Below are positions 36,460-50,034 of a DNA stretch of 64,000 nucleotides, piece by piece. Every line of letters begins with the position of its first letter. The stretch's first letter is position 1. Location of the stretch: the NCBI GenBank assembly GCA_013239625.1, contig MU053881.1:16174373-16238372 (forward strand), in the 5' to 3' direction. The stretch comes from Lama guanicoe. Its lineage: Eukaryota. A program made the position numbers and the translations under genes. The notes beneath the pieces were generated by a model. The model was given only the letters and a program-made list of their open reading frames with translations. It had not been told where the DNA came from and ran no database searches.

Positions 36460-38409
36460 GTAAGCCTGTGTCCTCACCTGAGGCGCTTGGCCAGGGCCTG
36501 ACTCCCTCAGCGGTGAAGTGGGGGCTGGAGTGTGTGGTCCCTGTCCAAGCCAGGACCAGGGCAGCCCCCACGGGTCCTGCTCTGGGGCTTGGGGCAGGCG
36601 ATGAGGCATCCCCTTTGGAGGACCGTGACATCCAGCACCTCTCCCAGGAGCAGAGCAGGCTTTGATGGAGTGGCCTGGGACTCACAAGGGCTGCCGGGAA
36701 GTGCCCTCCTGACCCCCAGATTGACCATCTTGGAGAGTGGCGTTCCTCTGTCTCTGGAGTCCCCATTTGTCATAGGCAATTGTAGGGACTGTGACCTGGC
36801 ATTTGGAGGGTTGTCCCTATGCAGGAAGTTGGCAGAGCCTCCAGCAGAGAAGCCCAGACCACACACACCCCGCCCCCACCCCCATGCTGTGTATCTGGGG
36901 TCTGCCATTTGTGCACGGGGCTCAGCGAGTGTCTTGTTATTCCAACCCTGGTTCGTAAGACAGGGGTCCTCACGCTCACCCCACAATGTGGGGAGGGCCA
37001 GAGGATGCACACGGCACCTCATAGTGCTAGGCTTTTAATAGCAATGGTGCCCTCTCTGGGGCTGCTCAGATGCATCTGAGCCCAGAGCTCTGGTAAGACT
37101 CCCATTCAGGGCTGCATGGAGAGCACGCAGCAGCCCCCTCCGTGATCTCCTCGCAGTGGCTCTGAGCATCTGCCCCTCCCCAGCGGCCCAGCTGCAAACA
37201 GCTGCGCTCGCTCCCAGTGTGGTCCTGGTGTTGCTGAACACAAATGGTTTCCATCAGCGCCTGGAGTCACACACTCGCTGGGTGGATCTCCTGGAGGTGT
37301 ATGGGTCATCGCTGCTGCTTTGTTGACATGACGTGATGGAGTCCTCTGGGACAAGTGTGTCATCGAATGAGGCATGCGATCTCCGTGAGCCAGCAGGATG
37401 GGATGCGCAACAGGAAACGCAGAGACCCCTGATGACCCTTTGCTCAGCGTGAGCACGCTCCCTGGGCCACAGCCTGCCCTCCCTCGGCCCGAGGAGGAGG
37501 CAGCGAGCCCCTGGAGCGGCCAGCCCAGTCAGGAGGCCTGGAGCTCCTGCCTCCTTCCTCTTCAGGAGGAATTTCTAAATGTGCAGAGAGGAATTCTGTC
37601 CCCAAGCTTTTCCTCCAGTTGACACTGCTCCGCAGTGTCCTACGTCTGCAGCACCCGCTGGTCCAGCTTTGTGCAGACAGCTCTGGGAGACAGGTGGTAT
37701 GATTGAGGCATCAGAAGACTTGACATATCAATACTGAAAAATGGAGCATGGATTAGAAAAATGGATTTATGGAACAAGAGGCATTGGTTGTGTGGTTTGA
37801 TAAAGCAGCCAAACACTCCTCCCACCTCGTCCCACTGCAGAACTCTGGGTGCGTGGTTTGCTCACTCCATCAGTTATTCTGTGGACCCTCCTGAGATGCC
37901 GCACGCCCCCTGCTGGTCAGGAGGCTGAATACACCAGAAAAGCCACTCCCGAGAGACACTTGGTAGGGAAGCAGTTGACCAGTGAGCCATCATGGGTGCT
38001 GTATCTGGCAGAGGAGAGATCAACACCATTCCATCCGGCTCACCTGCTATCCCAGGGGGCTGTGACCTTCTGCACTTCCACTGGAAGGCTAAGAGCCTTC
38101 GATCACCCCAGTGTGTCTCAGTAAATTTCACAGGAGTGAGGAGGAGGCCAGCATAGTTCAGACCTGTGAGGAAACCCTGATGGGCACCACAAGAGTGAGG
38201 GGAGGTCTGGCTTCTTGGCTGGAGTTGGGCTCTGGAGCCCTGGGTTCAAACAGGGACTGCTGGATGGTTAGATGAGAATGTGCATGGAAGGCATCTCCTC
38301 AGTGCCTGGCCAAAGTGCTAACAAAATGGGACCTGCGGTCATCCAGGCATTTATAACGGTCAACTGGGGGATCCTGGGTATAAGCCAGGGATACTCTTTC
38401 CATTTTAGG

Positions 38410-38640
38410 AAATGTCCACCAGCAGATGAATAGATAAATGTGATACAGGGGGATACAGCTCCCTAGTACGGCGGAATATTACTCAGCCCTAAAAAGGAAT
38501 GAAGCACTGACACACGCTACAGCATGGATGAACCTTGAAAACATCATGCTAAGTGAAAGAAGCCAGATGCAAAAGGTCACATTGTGCATGATCTCACTTA
38601 TACGAAACGTCCAGAACAGGCAAATCCATAGAACAGACAG
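38410..38640 (+). mobile_element. Old L1 3' UTR fragment (an opposite-strand fragment lies at about 38995-39220)
   Basis: aaaaggaatgaagcactga...atggatgaaccttgaaaacatcatgctaagtgaaagaagccaga. Confidence 0.8.
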
Positions 38641-39907
38641 GAATGAAGCACTGGTATGGGCTACGAGGTTGCAGAAAAGTCCTTGCCGAGGGAGTAATAG
38701 TGGCATCACACAGGGACCATGTTTTGGGACCTGGCCAGGAACCAGCTTGAGCACAGAGGTGAAGGAGTTAGAATCTGGGGTCAGCTAAAACCCAGGGCAG
38801 CGTGGAGGAGAGAGCTGGCACTAGGGCCCCCTGTAAACTGAGCCTGAGGAGGAGACAGAGTTGAGCAGCCACAAGCAGCCCCATTGGCTGCTTCGGAGGC
38901 CATGCTGAGGCTGGGAGGGGTGTGTGTGTCCAGGAGGTCCTGATTGGTCAGTCAGAGCAAGGGGGTGTGCTCACTGCCCAAAGGAGGGCTCAGATTCTGT
39001 CTCTATGGATTTGCCTGCTCTGGACATTTCTTCTAAATGGAATCATACACTGTGTGGCCTTTCCTGTCTGGCTTCTTTCACGTAGCCAGATGTTTTGGGG
39101 GTCCATTTACGTTGTAGCATGTATCAATGCTTCATTCTTTTTTGAGATTGTGTAATATTCCGCCATCTGGGTGTACCACATTTTGCTTGTCTGTTCATCC
39201 GTTGACAGATATCTGAGTTATGAATCATTTTTATGATTGATAGCTATCAAAAGCCACCATGGACTTCCAGTGGCCAAGCCCTAGCCCATGACCCAAACCC
39301 TTTTCCAAAGAGGGGCTGAGCTGGAGGTCAATGGGAGCCAGTGCTGAGCCCTATGCAAAGCCTCAGGGACTCACCCTGGAGCTTGTAGCTGAGCAAGTGG
39401 CTTCTGGGCGCCACATCCGCCCTGCTGGGCACGAGATGATATCACGGCTGATGGAACTCAGCATCATCGGAAAGGGTGTGCTTGGCCTCTTGGTGCCAAT
39501 CATGGCCAGTTTTGCTAAAGGTCTGCCAGTGAGGTGCCCAGTGTGGGTGTCAGGTGGCTTGTGTGGGTGAGGCGGGACCCTGGTGCAGGCCCCCGGGCGG
39601 GGCAGTGGATTGACAGCAGGAAGTGGACATGATCCAGACAGGTGCCTCTTGGACTCATCAGTACAAACCCAGGATGGACAATGCCCTTCTTTGCAGCTTC
39701 AACAGAGGACGAGGGGGCTGGAGGGCATGGGAGAAAGGGGATGAGAAAATATAACAAAAGCTAACTGTTCAGTAGCACTGAGAAGACGCCAGGCCATGTC
39801 TGAAGTATACCTGAGGTTGGTGCCTTCACCACCCCCGTCTTAGAGATGATAAACAGAGGCCCAGAGAGGTTAAGTGAGTGGCCCTGGATCATCCAGCAAA
39901 GGGTGAC

Positions 39908-40343
39908 TGTACGCATCAGAATTCTCCAGAGATACAGCCAATAGGACATACCTCTGTCTCTAGGAAGAGATGTATTGTAAGGAATTGGCTTCCTTGATCA
40001 TGAAGGCTGAGAAGTCCCGCAGTCGGCTGCTTGCAAACTAGAAACCCAGGAAAGCTGGCAGTCATTTGAAGGCCCAAGAGCCAGGAGCACCGAGGGCAGA
40101 GAAGGTTGGTGTCCCAGCTCAAACTGCCCGGCAGAGAGAGAATTCAGCCGTCCTCCACCTTTTGTTCAGGCCCTCAGTGGAGTGGATGGGACCCTCCCAC
40201 ACTGGGGATGGTCACCTGCATCACTGTTCAAATGCTGACCTCTGTTGAAGATACCCTCATAGGCACACCCAGAAGTAACATTTGATCAGCTATCTGGGCA
40301 TCCAGTGGTTCACTCATGTTTTACAGATAAAATGAACCATCAC
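39908..40343 (-). mobile_element. MLT2-type ERVL LTR
   Basis: ttctccagagatacagccaatagga...aaggaattggct...gctgagaagtcc...aaaatgaaccatcaca. Confidence 0.75.
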
Positions 40344-41035
40344 AGTGGGGGAAGTGGGGACCCTAGGAGGCTGCCTGGCTGCTGGGACAAGGCATTAACC
40401 CTTTCGGGTGTTACTTCAGGACAGGTGGTCCCAGCTCACCAGTTTGTTGCTGCTGCTAAAGGAGGCCTGGAAATGCGAGAGCCCCACAGGGGCTTGCTGT
40501 TCAGATGAACCCCAAAAGGCGTATGGGGTTAAATTCTGGATGCCCCCTTTTGAGAGAACAAGCCAGCTACCTTCTATTATTTGGAGGATGTCATAGAAGG
40601 GGCAGAAGCAAGAGCATGATGGGCAGGAGACGAGGGATGCGTCAGAGAGTGGGACACAGGCCCCATCCTTGGCAGACACTGGTGTCCCCTTCTCAGTGTT
40701 CTTGGACATGTCATGGTGTTCGCTGCCCAGAGGGAGAAGCCAGATTGGGAGCTGGGAGGAAGAGGTAGCCAGGAGGACAGTGTTGGGGTGCAGGAAGCAT
40801 GATAAATTTAGGAGCAGTTGGTGAGTTTGGCTAGAGCCCCGGGGAGGGGAATGAGCCTTTGTTTCCCTCCCTGGGCTCAGGACGTAGGTGACCTGGTCCA
40901 TCTTTGTGTACCTGTGCTCTTGGCATCACTTTGCAGGGTCCAAACTCAGAGCTGCTGCTGTGGGAGGATGGCCACCCTTTTGTGCTCACTGTCTGCCCCC
41001 CCCAGCACTCGGTTCTCCCCATTCCTCTGTTTCAG

Positions 41036-41087
41036 CCTGAAGGAGCCCCCCGATCGTACACATACAGCGCTTTCTTCTGTCCCAATG
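41036..41087 (+). CDS. CPAMD8: CPAMD8 local exon 20
   Basis: ttcag|PEGAPRSYTYSAFFCPN|gtgagt; 52 nt, phase 0 to 1. Confidence 0.93.
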
Positions 41088-41894
41088 GTGAGTCCCTGTG
41101 CCTGCCCTGCTGAAGACTTTGGCCCTTACCCTTGCACTGTTGAAGCTCTCTTGCTGTTAAATGAGCACTCGCCTTCCCTGGGGGCTGAGGACACAGCAGC
41201 AAAGCACTGAGATATCCCAGCTGGGGACAACCGTAAGCCAGAGTGAGGACTGGGCATTTGCAGGAAGTAAGCATAAATGATGGTAGACCACAGGCGCCAA
41301 TGAGAAAGGAAACCGTAGTTAGGGGTAGGGCTGTCCTTCAGGCCCCAGGTGAGGAGCCCAGGGTCTGGGGAAGGGAGATCTTAGAGTCATATCAGGGGAA
41401 AGCTGTGGGAATGAGGATGACCCAGAACCTGGGGGCAGCAGAGGGGGATGTGGGAAATTAAGGTGGGTTCTGGAAAGTGTGAGATCTGGGATCCATCTTG
41501 ATCTCCTGAAATCAACATTATACCTTCATCATCTGTGAACAGGAAATGGGTACAGAGAGTGCCCAGTGGGAGGAGTGGTCAGATAAGGGCCCATCCATGC
41601 CTCTGACTTGGTGCGGTCAGGGCAGTGCTGGGTGGAACACGAGCCTCAGCTGCCTGTGGGAGGGTCTGCCCCTCTCCCATCCAGCCCCTCCCCAAGGAAC
41701 CCAACAGCTTGGAGCTTGGGCTGTGCCTGGCATTGGGCAGTCATGTGGCAGGTTTTGCCAAGAGGCAGAGCTGAAGATGTGAGCTGGAGTCCCAGGTGTA
41801 CCACCTCCCTGTTCTCAAGGCATTCAGCATTGCAGGTCCCCTGACCCATAGCACACACTGGACTCAGGCTCCCTCTTGACATCCCCTGCCCCCG

Positions 41895-42660
41895 TTTCAG
41901 TAAATAGCTCACATATATGCTGAAATGATTTTTGACGACAGTGCACAAGCAGTTCAGTGGAGGACAGAGAACCTTTTCAGCAAATGATGCTGCAGCAATT
42001 GGACAACCATTGGCAAAAGCATGAAATTTGACCGAAAGATCACACCTTATACAAAAATTAACTCAACATCAAGCATGAACTTATGTGTAAAACTATAAAA
42101 CTTTTACAGAAAAAATATGGGAGAAATCTTTGGAGTCTAGGGCTAAGTAAAGAATTCTTAGACATGATACCAAAAGTATTTACTGAACCATAGAAGGAGA
42201 CATTGATAAATGGACCTCTTCAAAATGAAAAATGTTTGCTTTGTGAAAGATGCTCTTAAGGGGAGGAAATGTTTCCAAATCCAGCTCTAACAAAGGACTG
42301 GTATCTAGAATATATAAAGAGCTCTCAAAATTCAACAGTAAATAAAAACAATCCAGTCAGAAAATGAGCAAAAGAAATAAACAGTTCACCAAAGACGATG
42401 TAGAAAATAGTCAGAATCATAGAGACAGAAAGTAGAATGGTGATTGTCAGGCGCTGGGAAGAGGGGGCAATGGAGATTTATTATTTAATGGGTATAAAAC
42501 TTACTTCAGTTTTAGAAGATGAAAATAGCTTCTGAGATGGATGGTGGTGATGTTTATTTATACAATGTGAATATATTTAATGCTACCAAACGGTACACTT
42601 AAAGATGGTTAAGGTGGCAAATTTTGTGTTACATGTATTTTACCACAATTTTAAAAATTG
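41895..42660 (+). mobile_element. L1 ORF2 and 3' UTR fragments
   Basis: tgatttttgac...cacaccttatacaaaaattaactc...; gagacagaaagtagaatggtg...cacttaaagatggttaag. Confidence 0.85.
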
Positions 42661-43059
42661 AGAAAAAGGGAATATCTATGTATGAGAGAAAATTTAGAAG
42701 GATAGAAAGAAGAAAACTTTCTCTTCTGGTTCTTATCCAAAGATGACCTCTTTTGACATTGTGCTGTATTCGCTTTTGTAGGACTCATTATTGTTTGTTT
42801 AGCATACCCGTGACTCCTGAGCTATATGATTTTATATCCTGCCTTTTTCGCTTAACACATCATGAGCACATTTCTTTGTTATTGTGAAGTCTTTACAAAT
42901 GGCATTTCAAAATAGCTTCAGTATGTTCCATCACATCACTGTTCCGTAATTCGATTATTATGGAACATTTTGAAACATTATTAGACATCTATGTGTTGTT
43001 TCCATTTTTTATATCCTAATCAACAGTAGGCTGAATAAATTTGTATTCAAAGTGAGGTC

Positions 43060-44765
43060 AGTAACATCACTGAGATATAACTGACATACAATAAATTGGA
43101 CATATTTTAAGTGTAGTTTGATAAGCATTGGTGCACATGTACATCTGTGAAGCCATCACCACAATTAAGATAATAGAGATGACATTAACCCTACAGTCAC
43201 ATGCCTTTGAAATTCCTTACCCTTGTTCACTTTTGTCGCTAAGGAACCGCTGATCTGCTTTCTGTCTCTATAAATTATTTTTGCATTTTCTAGAATTTTG
43301 TATAAATGGAATCATACAGAATATTTTCTCTTTGGCTTCTTCCACTCAGCATAATAATTATGAGATTCAGCCATGTTGTGTGTATCAATAACTTAGTCAT
43401 TTTAAGGGCTGAGTAGGATTCCACTGGATGGATGTATCACACTTTGTTTATCCATTCACCTGTTGATGGACATTCGACTTATTTCCAGTTTGGGGTTATT
43501 TCAGATAAGTTTTCTATGAATATTTGTGCACAAGTCTTTGTATGGGTAATATGTCTTCCTTTCTCTTGAGTTAATCCCTAGGAGTGGAATTGCTACTCAT
43601 ATAGGAGGTATGTGTTTAACTCTTTAAGAAACTGTCAAATTGTTTACCAAAGTTGTAGTACCATTTTGCTTTCCCACCAACACTAGATGAGAGTCAGTTC
43701 TGCCTCAGCCTTACCAGCACTTAGTATTGTCTGTTTAATTTTAGCCATCCTGGTAGGTGTCCAGTGGTATCTCATTGTGGTTTTAATTTGCATTTCCATA
43801 AAGACTAATGATGTTAGGCATCTTTTTATATGCTTAGCTTTTATTAGTATGTCTTTTTGGTTAAGTGTCTGATCTTTTAATCTTTTTAAAAATTAAGTTG
43901 TTTGGAATGAGTTTTGAGAGTTTAAAAAAATTATATTCTGGATACAATTCCTTTATCAGATAAATGCTTTGCAAAGGCATCTCTCCTAGTCTGTGGCTTG
44001 TCTTGTCATTCACTTAATAGTGTCTTTCAAAGAGCAGAAGTTTTTCATTTTAATGAAGCCCAGCTTATCACCTTTTTCTTTTATGGGTTATTTTTTGTTG
44101 TTGTATCTCAGAAATCTTTGCCACACCCTATGTTTTCTTTGCAAAGTTTTATGGTTTTAGGGTTAACATTTATGAAATGGCTATGATCCATTTCGAGTTA
44201 ATTCCTGAAGCCCGTGCAGCATATGGATTAGAGCTTTTTTTTCTGCACCTGGAGACCCAGTTGTTCTTGCCATTTTTGAAAAGACTTTCCTTTTCCTATC
44301 GAATTGCCTTTGCACTTTTGTTGAAAATCAGTTGCTCATACTATTTGAACTGGGTCCATTTCTGGACTCCCTGTTCTGTTCCATTGAGCAATTTATATAT
44401 GTTGGCACCAATGCTACACTCTCATGATTGCGATAGCTTTAGAGTAAGTTTCAGTGTCAGATGGTGTGAGTCCTTCAACTTGGTTTTTCTTTATCAAAGT
44501 TGTTTTGGTTCTTCTAGGTCCTTTGAGATTTTATGTAAATCAGCTTTACAGTTTCTTCAAAAGACCCTGCTGGGATTTTGAATGGAATAGCATCAAATCT
44601 ATAGATCACTTTGGGCCATAATGAACATCTTTACGATACTGTCTTCTGACCCACAAACACGGTCTCACTCTCCATTGATTGGAGGCTTTAGTTTCAGCAG
44701 TGTTTTGCAGTTTCCAGAGTATAGGTCTTGCAGATCTTTTGTAGGATTTTTCCCTGGGAGCAGGT
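43060..44765 (-). mobile_element. Old L1 (3' UTR plus degraded ORF2)
   Basis: tatccattcacctgttgatggacatt...gtggtatctcattgtggttttaatttgcatttcc...ttgttgaaaatcagttg. Confidence 0.87.
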
Positions 44766-44952
44766 CATCTTTTGCATGCTGTTGGCAAAGGTGTCATTAA
44801 GCCAGGTCCGTCCCACCATGCCTCCCGTAGCTGCATGCGGAGCTACTGTGAGACCAGCCCCCTGAGATCTCACGCTCAGCTCTGGCCACAGGCAGGGGGA
44901 AGTGGGATGCCTCAGTGTCCCCTCAACACCTCTTCTCCTTCCCTCCATCCAG

Positions 44953-45251
44953 AGAGAGTCCACATCTCCACACCCAACAAGTACGAGTTCCAGTATGTGC
45001 AGCGGCCGCTGCGCCTCACCCGTTTTGACGTGGCCGTGCGAGCCCACAACGACGCCCGCGTGGCCTTGTCCCCAGGGCCCCAGGACACGGCGGGCATGAT
45101 CGAGATCGTTCTGGGGGGGCACCAGAACACCAGGTCCTGGATCTCCACCAGCAAGATGGGTGAGCCCGTGGCCAGCACACACACAGCCAAGATCCTCTCC
45201 TGGGATGAATTCAGAACATTCTGGATCAGCTGGCACAGCGGGCTCATCCAG
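44953..45251 (+). CDS. CPAMD8: CPAMD8 local exon 21 (farnesoic acid O-methyltransferase-like domain); GC donor
   Basis: tccag|(E)[12 protein letters not shown]...[15 protein letters not shown]...[15 protein letters not shown]|gcatgg; 299 nt, phase 1 to 0. The 3' end could instead be 45272 (GT donor, in frame). Confidence 0.88.
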
Positions 45252-45901
45252 GCATGGCTGGGCTGGCCTGGGGTGGGCACGGGAACCTGCTGGTCTTCTG
45301 GCATTTGCTGCTTCCTGCTCTGTGTCCGCCAGTGATGTGATGGGGGTGGGGAGGAGGGGGGGAAACATAAACCACCCCCTCAATTTGCTCACAGTCTGCT
45401 TAGAGTCACATAAAAAAAAATGTAGTAAGATCTGTGGCAGAGGAAGTGCCCAGGAATCCGGGAGCTGAAGAGTGGTGAGAGATCGGGAGAAAGTGGGTAT
45501 GAGCAGGTGGAATGGGGGCTGTGGACACTTTCTGAACCAAGTAAAGGGGACAGAAAAGAAGCAGCTGGCACAGCTTCCCAGAGGAGGACATAGCCCAATG
45601 GGGTTTTGAAGTATGAATAGGAGTTCATACATTCATTCAGGCAAAATGAAGCAGAGAATGTTTCAGGCAGAAGGAACTGCACATTCAAATATCCAAAGGT
45701 TCCATGGGGCCCAGAGACTAGAGCCTGCAGATACCCTGCTTGTGTCTCTGCTTAATGAACAGTGTGGTATCTAGTTTCTCTCATCTCTGACTCCGTGAGA
45801 ACCCCACCCCATCCCATGAGCATAGCCAAGGCCTCTGACCATGTCTGAGCACAGCTTCATGCTTCCTGCCAGAGCCCAGCAACCTTGGCCTCTTTCTCCA
45901 G

Positions 45902-46127
45902 GTTGGCCATGGTCCAGAGCCATCCAATGAGTCTGTCATCATGGCCTGGACCCTCCCCAGGCCACCAGAAGTCCAATTCATCGGTTTCTCCACTGGCTGG
46001 GGTTCTGTGGGCGAGTTCCGCATCTGGAGGAAGGTGGAGGCAGATGAGAGCTACAGCGAAGCCTTCACCCTGGGGGTCCCGCACAGCGCCATTCCTGGGT
46101 CTGAGCGTGCGGCCGCTTCCATCATAG
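45902..46127 (+). CDS. CPAMD8: CPAMD8 local exon 22
   Basis: tccag|[16 protein letters not shown]...[10 protein letters not shown]...[13 protein letters not shown]|gtgcgt; 226 nt, phase 0 to 1. Confidence 0.95.
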
Positions 46128-47711
46128 GTGCGTCTGCCTCGCAGCCTAACTTGGGGAGGATGGGAGCAAGAGCCCAGGCCGAGGAGCAAGTGTCCTTTCC
46201 AGACTTTGCTGGGGATCTGTGCTGCTGGGGCCTCCAGCTACACATCTACTCACCTGACAAGCAGCTTCTAGTCCTCCTCTGTGCTGGGTGCTGGGTGCTG
46301 GGGCCAGACTCAGAGATGACCTCAGACTTGCCCTGGAGGGGCTCCTAGTCTAGCTGAGAAGGCAGGTCCTTGCCCTTATGTGGGGCAACGCTGAGGGATG
46401 GGGGTGGACTGTATGAGGGCAGTGGGTCTGGGGTGATGTGCATGAAGTTGAAAGGTCAGGTGAAGTTAGCTAGGTATAGAGTGGAGGGAGGGAGTCTTGG
46501 AGGTCCAAGTGAGAGGGGCAGCACTTAGAGCATTTGCAGAAACAAAGGTAAGAGGCTGTGACCATGGTTCTCGTGGGCTGTGGATTGTCTTCTGCAGCCC
46601 AGACATGGGAGTGAAAAGTGGGGAGTGTGTGATCCATCTAGTGCTGGGAATTGGGAGGATGGGGAGAGGGTGAGAAGTCAGGGGGAGACAGACAGATCTG
46701 AATGAGGGGGTCTTGGGTCTCTCTGGGGCCTGGTCAGGTTGTTGTTGGTGACCAGATCAGAGGATGTTGGAATTTATTGTTTCTGAGGAATGAGATCAAG
46801 TCCAATGTGGCCTTGGGGGCGAGTGGCACAGATGGAGGTGAGGGGCATAGGGGAGAAGGCAGATGGACAGAGATGGAGAGGAGGTAAAGGCAGGGACCCA
46901 TGTGCCAGTCAGTGCCTTCAGCACAGTGGGATGGAAGGGTGGAGAAGCTGGAAAACCCAGGGGAGGGTGATGAGAAAGTAGCCAGTCAGGCCCCATCACA
47001 GGAGGAAGCTTCAGGAGCAGTGGCAGCCTCAGTGGGGCAGGAGGAAAGGCCAAGGAAGGAAGGGAGGGGCAATCAGGGGGCAACAGGGATTCCAGAGGGC
47101 CCACTGGCCATGCCCATTGGGGCAGAAACGCCAAGGAGAGGGAGACAGTTCTGAAGGGATGAGAGCACAACAGAATAGAAATAAGAGGGGAAAAAAGAAC
47201 TTTAAAAAATGTACCAATGCCACACATCTATGAAAACTTTTATTAAAAATCTAAATACTCATGGTTAAAGAGAAAATCACATTTCACATTACAAGTTAGA
47301 AAAAATACTTAGAATGGAACCGCATGGCTGGATTGACATCTTAACATTTGTGGAATGCAGCCAAAGGTGTACTAGGAGGGGAAATGAATAGCCTTAATCA
47401 CACCCGTTTAAAAAACCAGACAGGAAAAAGCATTTAACAGAATGAAAAGACAGAGAAGGAACACCCGAGTTAAAACTAAAGAACACAGAAGGAGGCTTGT
47501 AGGAGAGGGCCAGCAGGTATCCACCAAAGCCAGGAGATCAGGCAGGCTGGGGGTGCAAGGGTGCAGCCCAGTCTCAAAGGCAGCACCCACCAGTCAGAGG
47601 GTGATGGGTCGGTGTTAGGCCATAGGTGGGCTCCCACCTCCCACTCCCTAGGATAGCCAGGGCACCGGGAGGCGCCAGCCCCCAGCCCAGGGTTCTTTTC
47701 CTTCCCACCAG

Positions 47712-47888
47712 GAGATGTCATGGGGCCAACCTTGAACCACCTCAGCAACCTCCTGAGGCTGCCCTTTGGTTGCGGAGAGCAAAACATGATCCACTTTGCA
47801 CCCAACGTCTTTGTTCTGAAGTATCTTCAGAAAACCCGACAGCTCAGCCCTGAAGTGGAGAGGGAGACCACTGATTACCTGGTGCAAG
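47712..47888 (+). CDS. CPAMD8: CPAMD8 local exon 23 (thioester motif GCGEQ, 47768-47782)
   Basis: accag|(G)[31 protein letters not shown]...DYLVQ|gtactg; 177 nt, phase 1 to 1. Confidence 0.97.
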
Positions 47889-49519
47889 GTACTGGGGGGA
47901 ACTGCCTGGGTGGAGGGTGTGGGGAGACAGGCAGCCTTGACTGGGCTGGGGGCAGCCCACATGCCAGAGGTGGTGGATGGGGAAGAAGGAAGGAAGTGGG
48001 TGATAGAGGCCACTCTGGGTGGATCTGTCACTGTCAGCAGGAGCCTGGCACCTGTACCTGTTAGGAAAACACCCTGAGTGGTGGTAATCAGCCGTGGAGA
48101 GAGAAACAGCATCTTTTAAAAACGTAGATTTTTTTTTTTGGAACGACAAGAGCAATATAATAGCATTATTTAAAAAAAAAACAAACAAACTTGGAAAAGA
48201 AAAAAATTTCCGATAAGTTCCCTGTCGTTGCTGGCTCTGGGTTTCCTCTTCTGCCCTCCAAGAGCACAGATGAGCTTTGCCATCCTTGGTATCTTACAGC
48301 ATAGCATCCTATGGCATGCCCTGTGTGTATAAGATTCGTCCACCGGGCTGTGGGGAGCTGTGGTCCACTCACCTCCATTGCTGTGTGGAGGGACCACAGT
48401 CAGCGTGTCTGCTGTGGATTTTAGATCAGTTTCAATTCAGGGCTTTTAGAATGGTGTTGCCGTTAATTGTCTTGTTTGTGTACTTGGTGGAAACGTCCAA
48501 ATTTCTGTGGGGTGACTTTGCTGGGTCTCAGGAGGTATTCAGTTCATAATCACTTTTGGGGCCACACTGTCCGTCATATGCATTGATGGAGCACAACATA
48601 TTGAACTCTCCACTTGGACATCTTGGGGTGTTTCTAGTTCTCTTTTCCCTAAGTAATGCAGCACTGAACAGCTTCAGAAATAAATAACACAGCGCTGAAC
48701 ATCTTCTGTTGCCATGAATCAGGTCCCTAGGGTAGGAGACAGCCCTGTGTTGGGGGACACAGCCTCTGAGTGCCCTGGCCCACCCCTTCTGCACATCTAG
48801 GCCCCAGAGGGAGGGGGAAAGGCGGGGAAGCTGGAGGTGGAGCCTCATCTCTGTCTCAGATTCCCACTCTGTGTCCCCAGGTAGGGCCTGCTCTACTCAG
48901 CGCCTTGGTTTCCTATCTGCGTAACAAGGGCATTAAGTCAGTCGATCTCAAGGTCCTGGGGTCTCCTGGGGTCTCCTTCTAGCCTTGGGCTGGAGCTGAA
49001 GTGAAAGGGAAGCATTGAGGGGGCAGGACCTGGCTCTGAAGCTGGCATCCACCTCGTGCCAGGCACATGCAGCTCTCCCAAGGCCCTCCCAGCAGCCCCC
49101 GCACTAATGGTCCTTGTCTCCCAGATGAGCAAGTGAGGCTCCTAGAAGGGAATAGGCCCAGGACCACAGAGGGGCAAGAGATGGGGGCATCTCAGACCCC
49201 AGGGTCCCCTGGGTTGGAGTGTGAGGGGCAGCCTGAGCACTTGACCCAGCCAGAGGGAGATGATCTTGGAGATTTCTGCCATTGAGAAGGACCCGCATGT
49301 ACCTGGCTCAGATGATGCTGGGCCCCTCTCCGATGGGGAAACTGAGGCAGATGAGCACCTCGATTCCTGAGGCGAGTGTGGGGTCCTTTCCCCCTGACCC
49401 ATTAAGGTTTCTATAGTTAATATGCTCCAAAGGCAGTCCTGCTGTCAAGAACCATCCATCCTCATGGATGAGAAAAGGATAAAACTCATGATGAGGAATG
49501 TACGACTCTCAGGTGGGGA

Positions 49520-49663
49520 AGCGGAAGGGTATAGCTCAGTGGTAGAGTGCCTGCCTAGCATGCACAAGGTCCTGGGTTCAATCCCCAGTACCTCCGTTAA
49601 ATAAAGAAATAAATAAACCTAACTACTCCCCCCACAAAACAAAACAAAACAAAACAAAAAAAA
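49520..49663 (+). mobile_element. tRNA-Ala-derived SINE
   Basis: gggtatagctcagtggtagag...gggttcaatccccagtacctcc + aaataaacctaactactcccccc + (caaaa)n. Confidence 0.9.
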
Positions 49664-50034
49664 GGAACATACAGGTCTTAGATGGAAAGTCAGGGGTTGC
49701 CACAGGCTGGAGATCTGGCCTCAGGAAGGCTGACCACCAACTGCTGGGAGCCCCAAGTCCACGTAGTGGGGGTGGGGTAGGAGTCGGGACAGGGTGGGAC
49801 TCAGGTTGGTGTGTTGTGAGGGTCCGGGGTTGCCCAGGGCCAGGCACACCTCAGTGAACCCCTCTGGGTTCAGATCCTTAAATGCCACCCAGAGTGTAAT
49901 GACCTGTACTGGTGAGCAGCAGCCACCCCCGCTCCCACTCCCTGACAGCCAGACCTCATGTCCATCAGCCAGTTGGCGTTTCACACCCGACAAGCCCCCA
50001 GTCAACCCTCACCTCGTTTCCTGCCAGACCAGCT

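Noticed and set aside
44694..45632. 312-aa minus-strand ORF, the longest in the track
   Set aside because: Antisense shadow of GC-rich exon 21 plus flanks; no recognisable domain or gene structure
49526..49596. Apparent tRNA-Ala(AGC) genes here and at the other copies
   Set aside because: A-rich tails, a shared non-tRNA 3' segment, stem mismatches and dispersed copies indicate SINEs, not functional tRNAs
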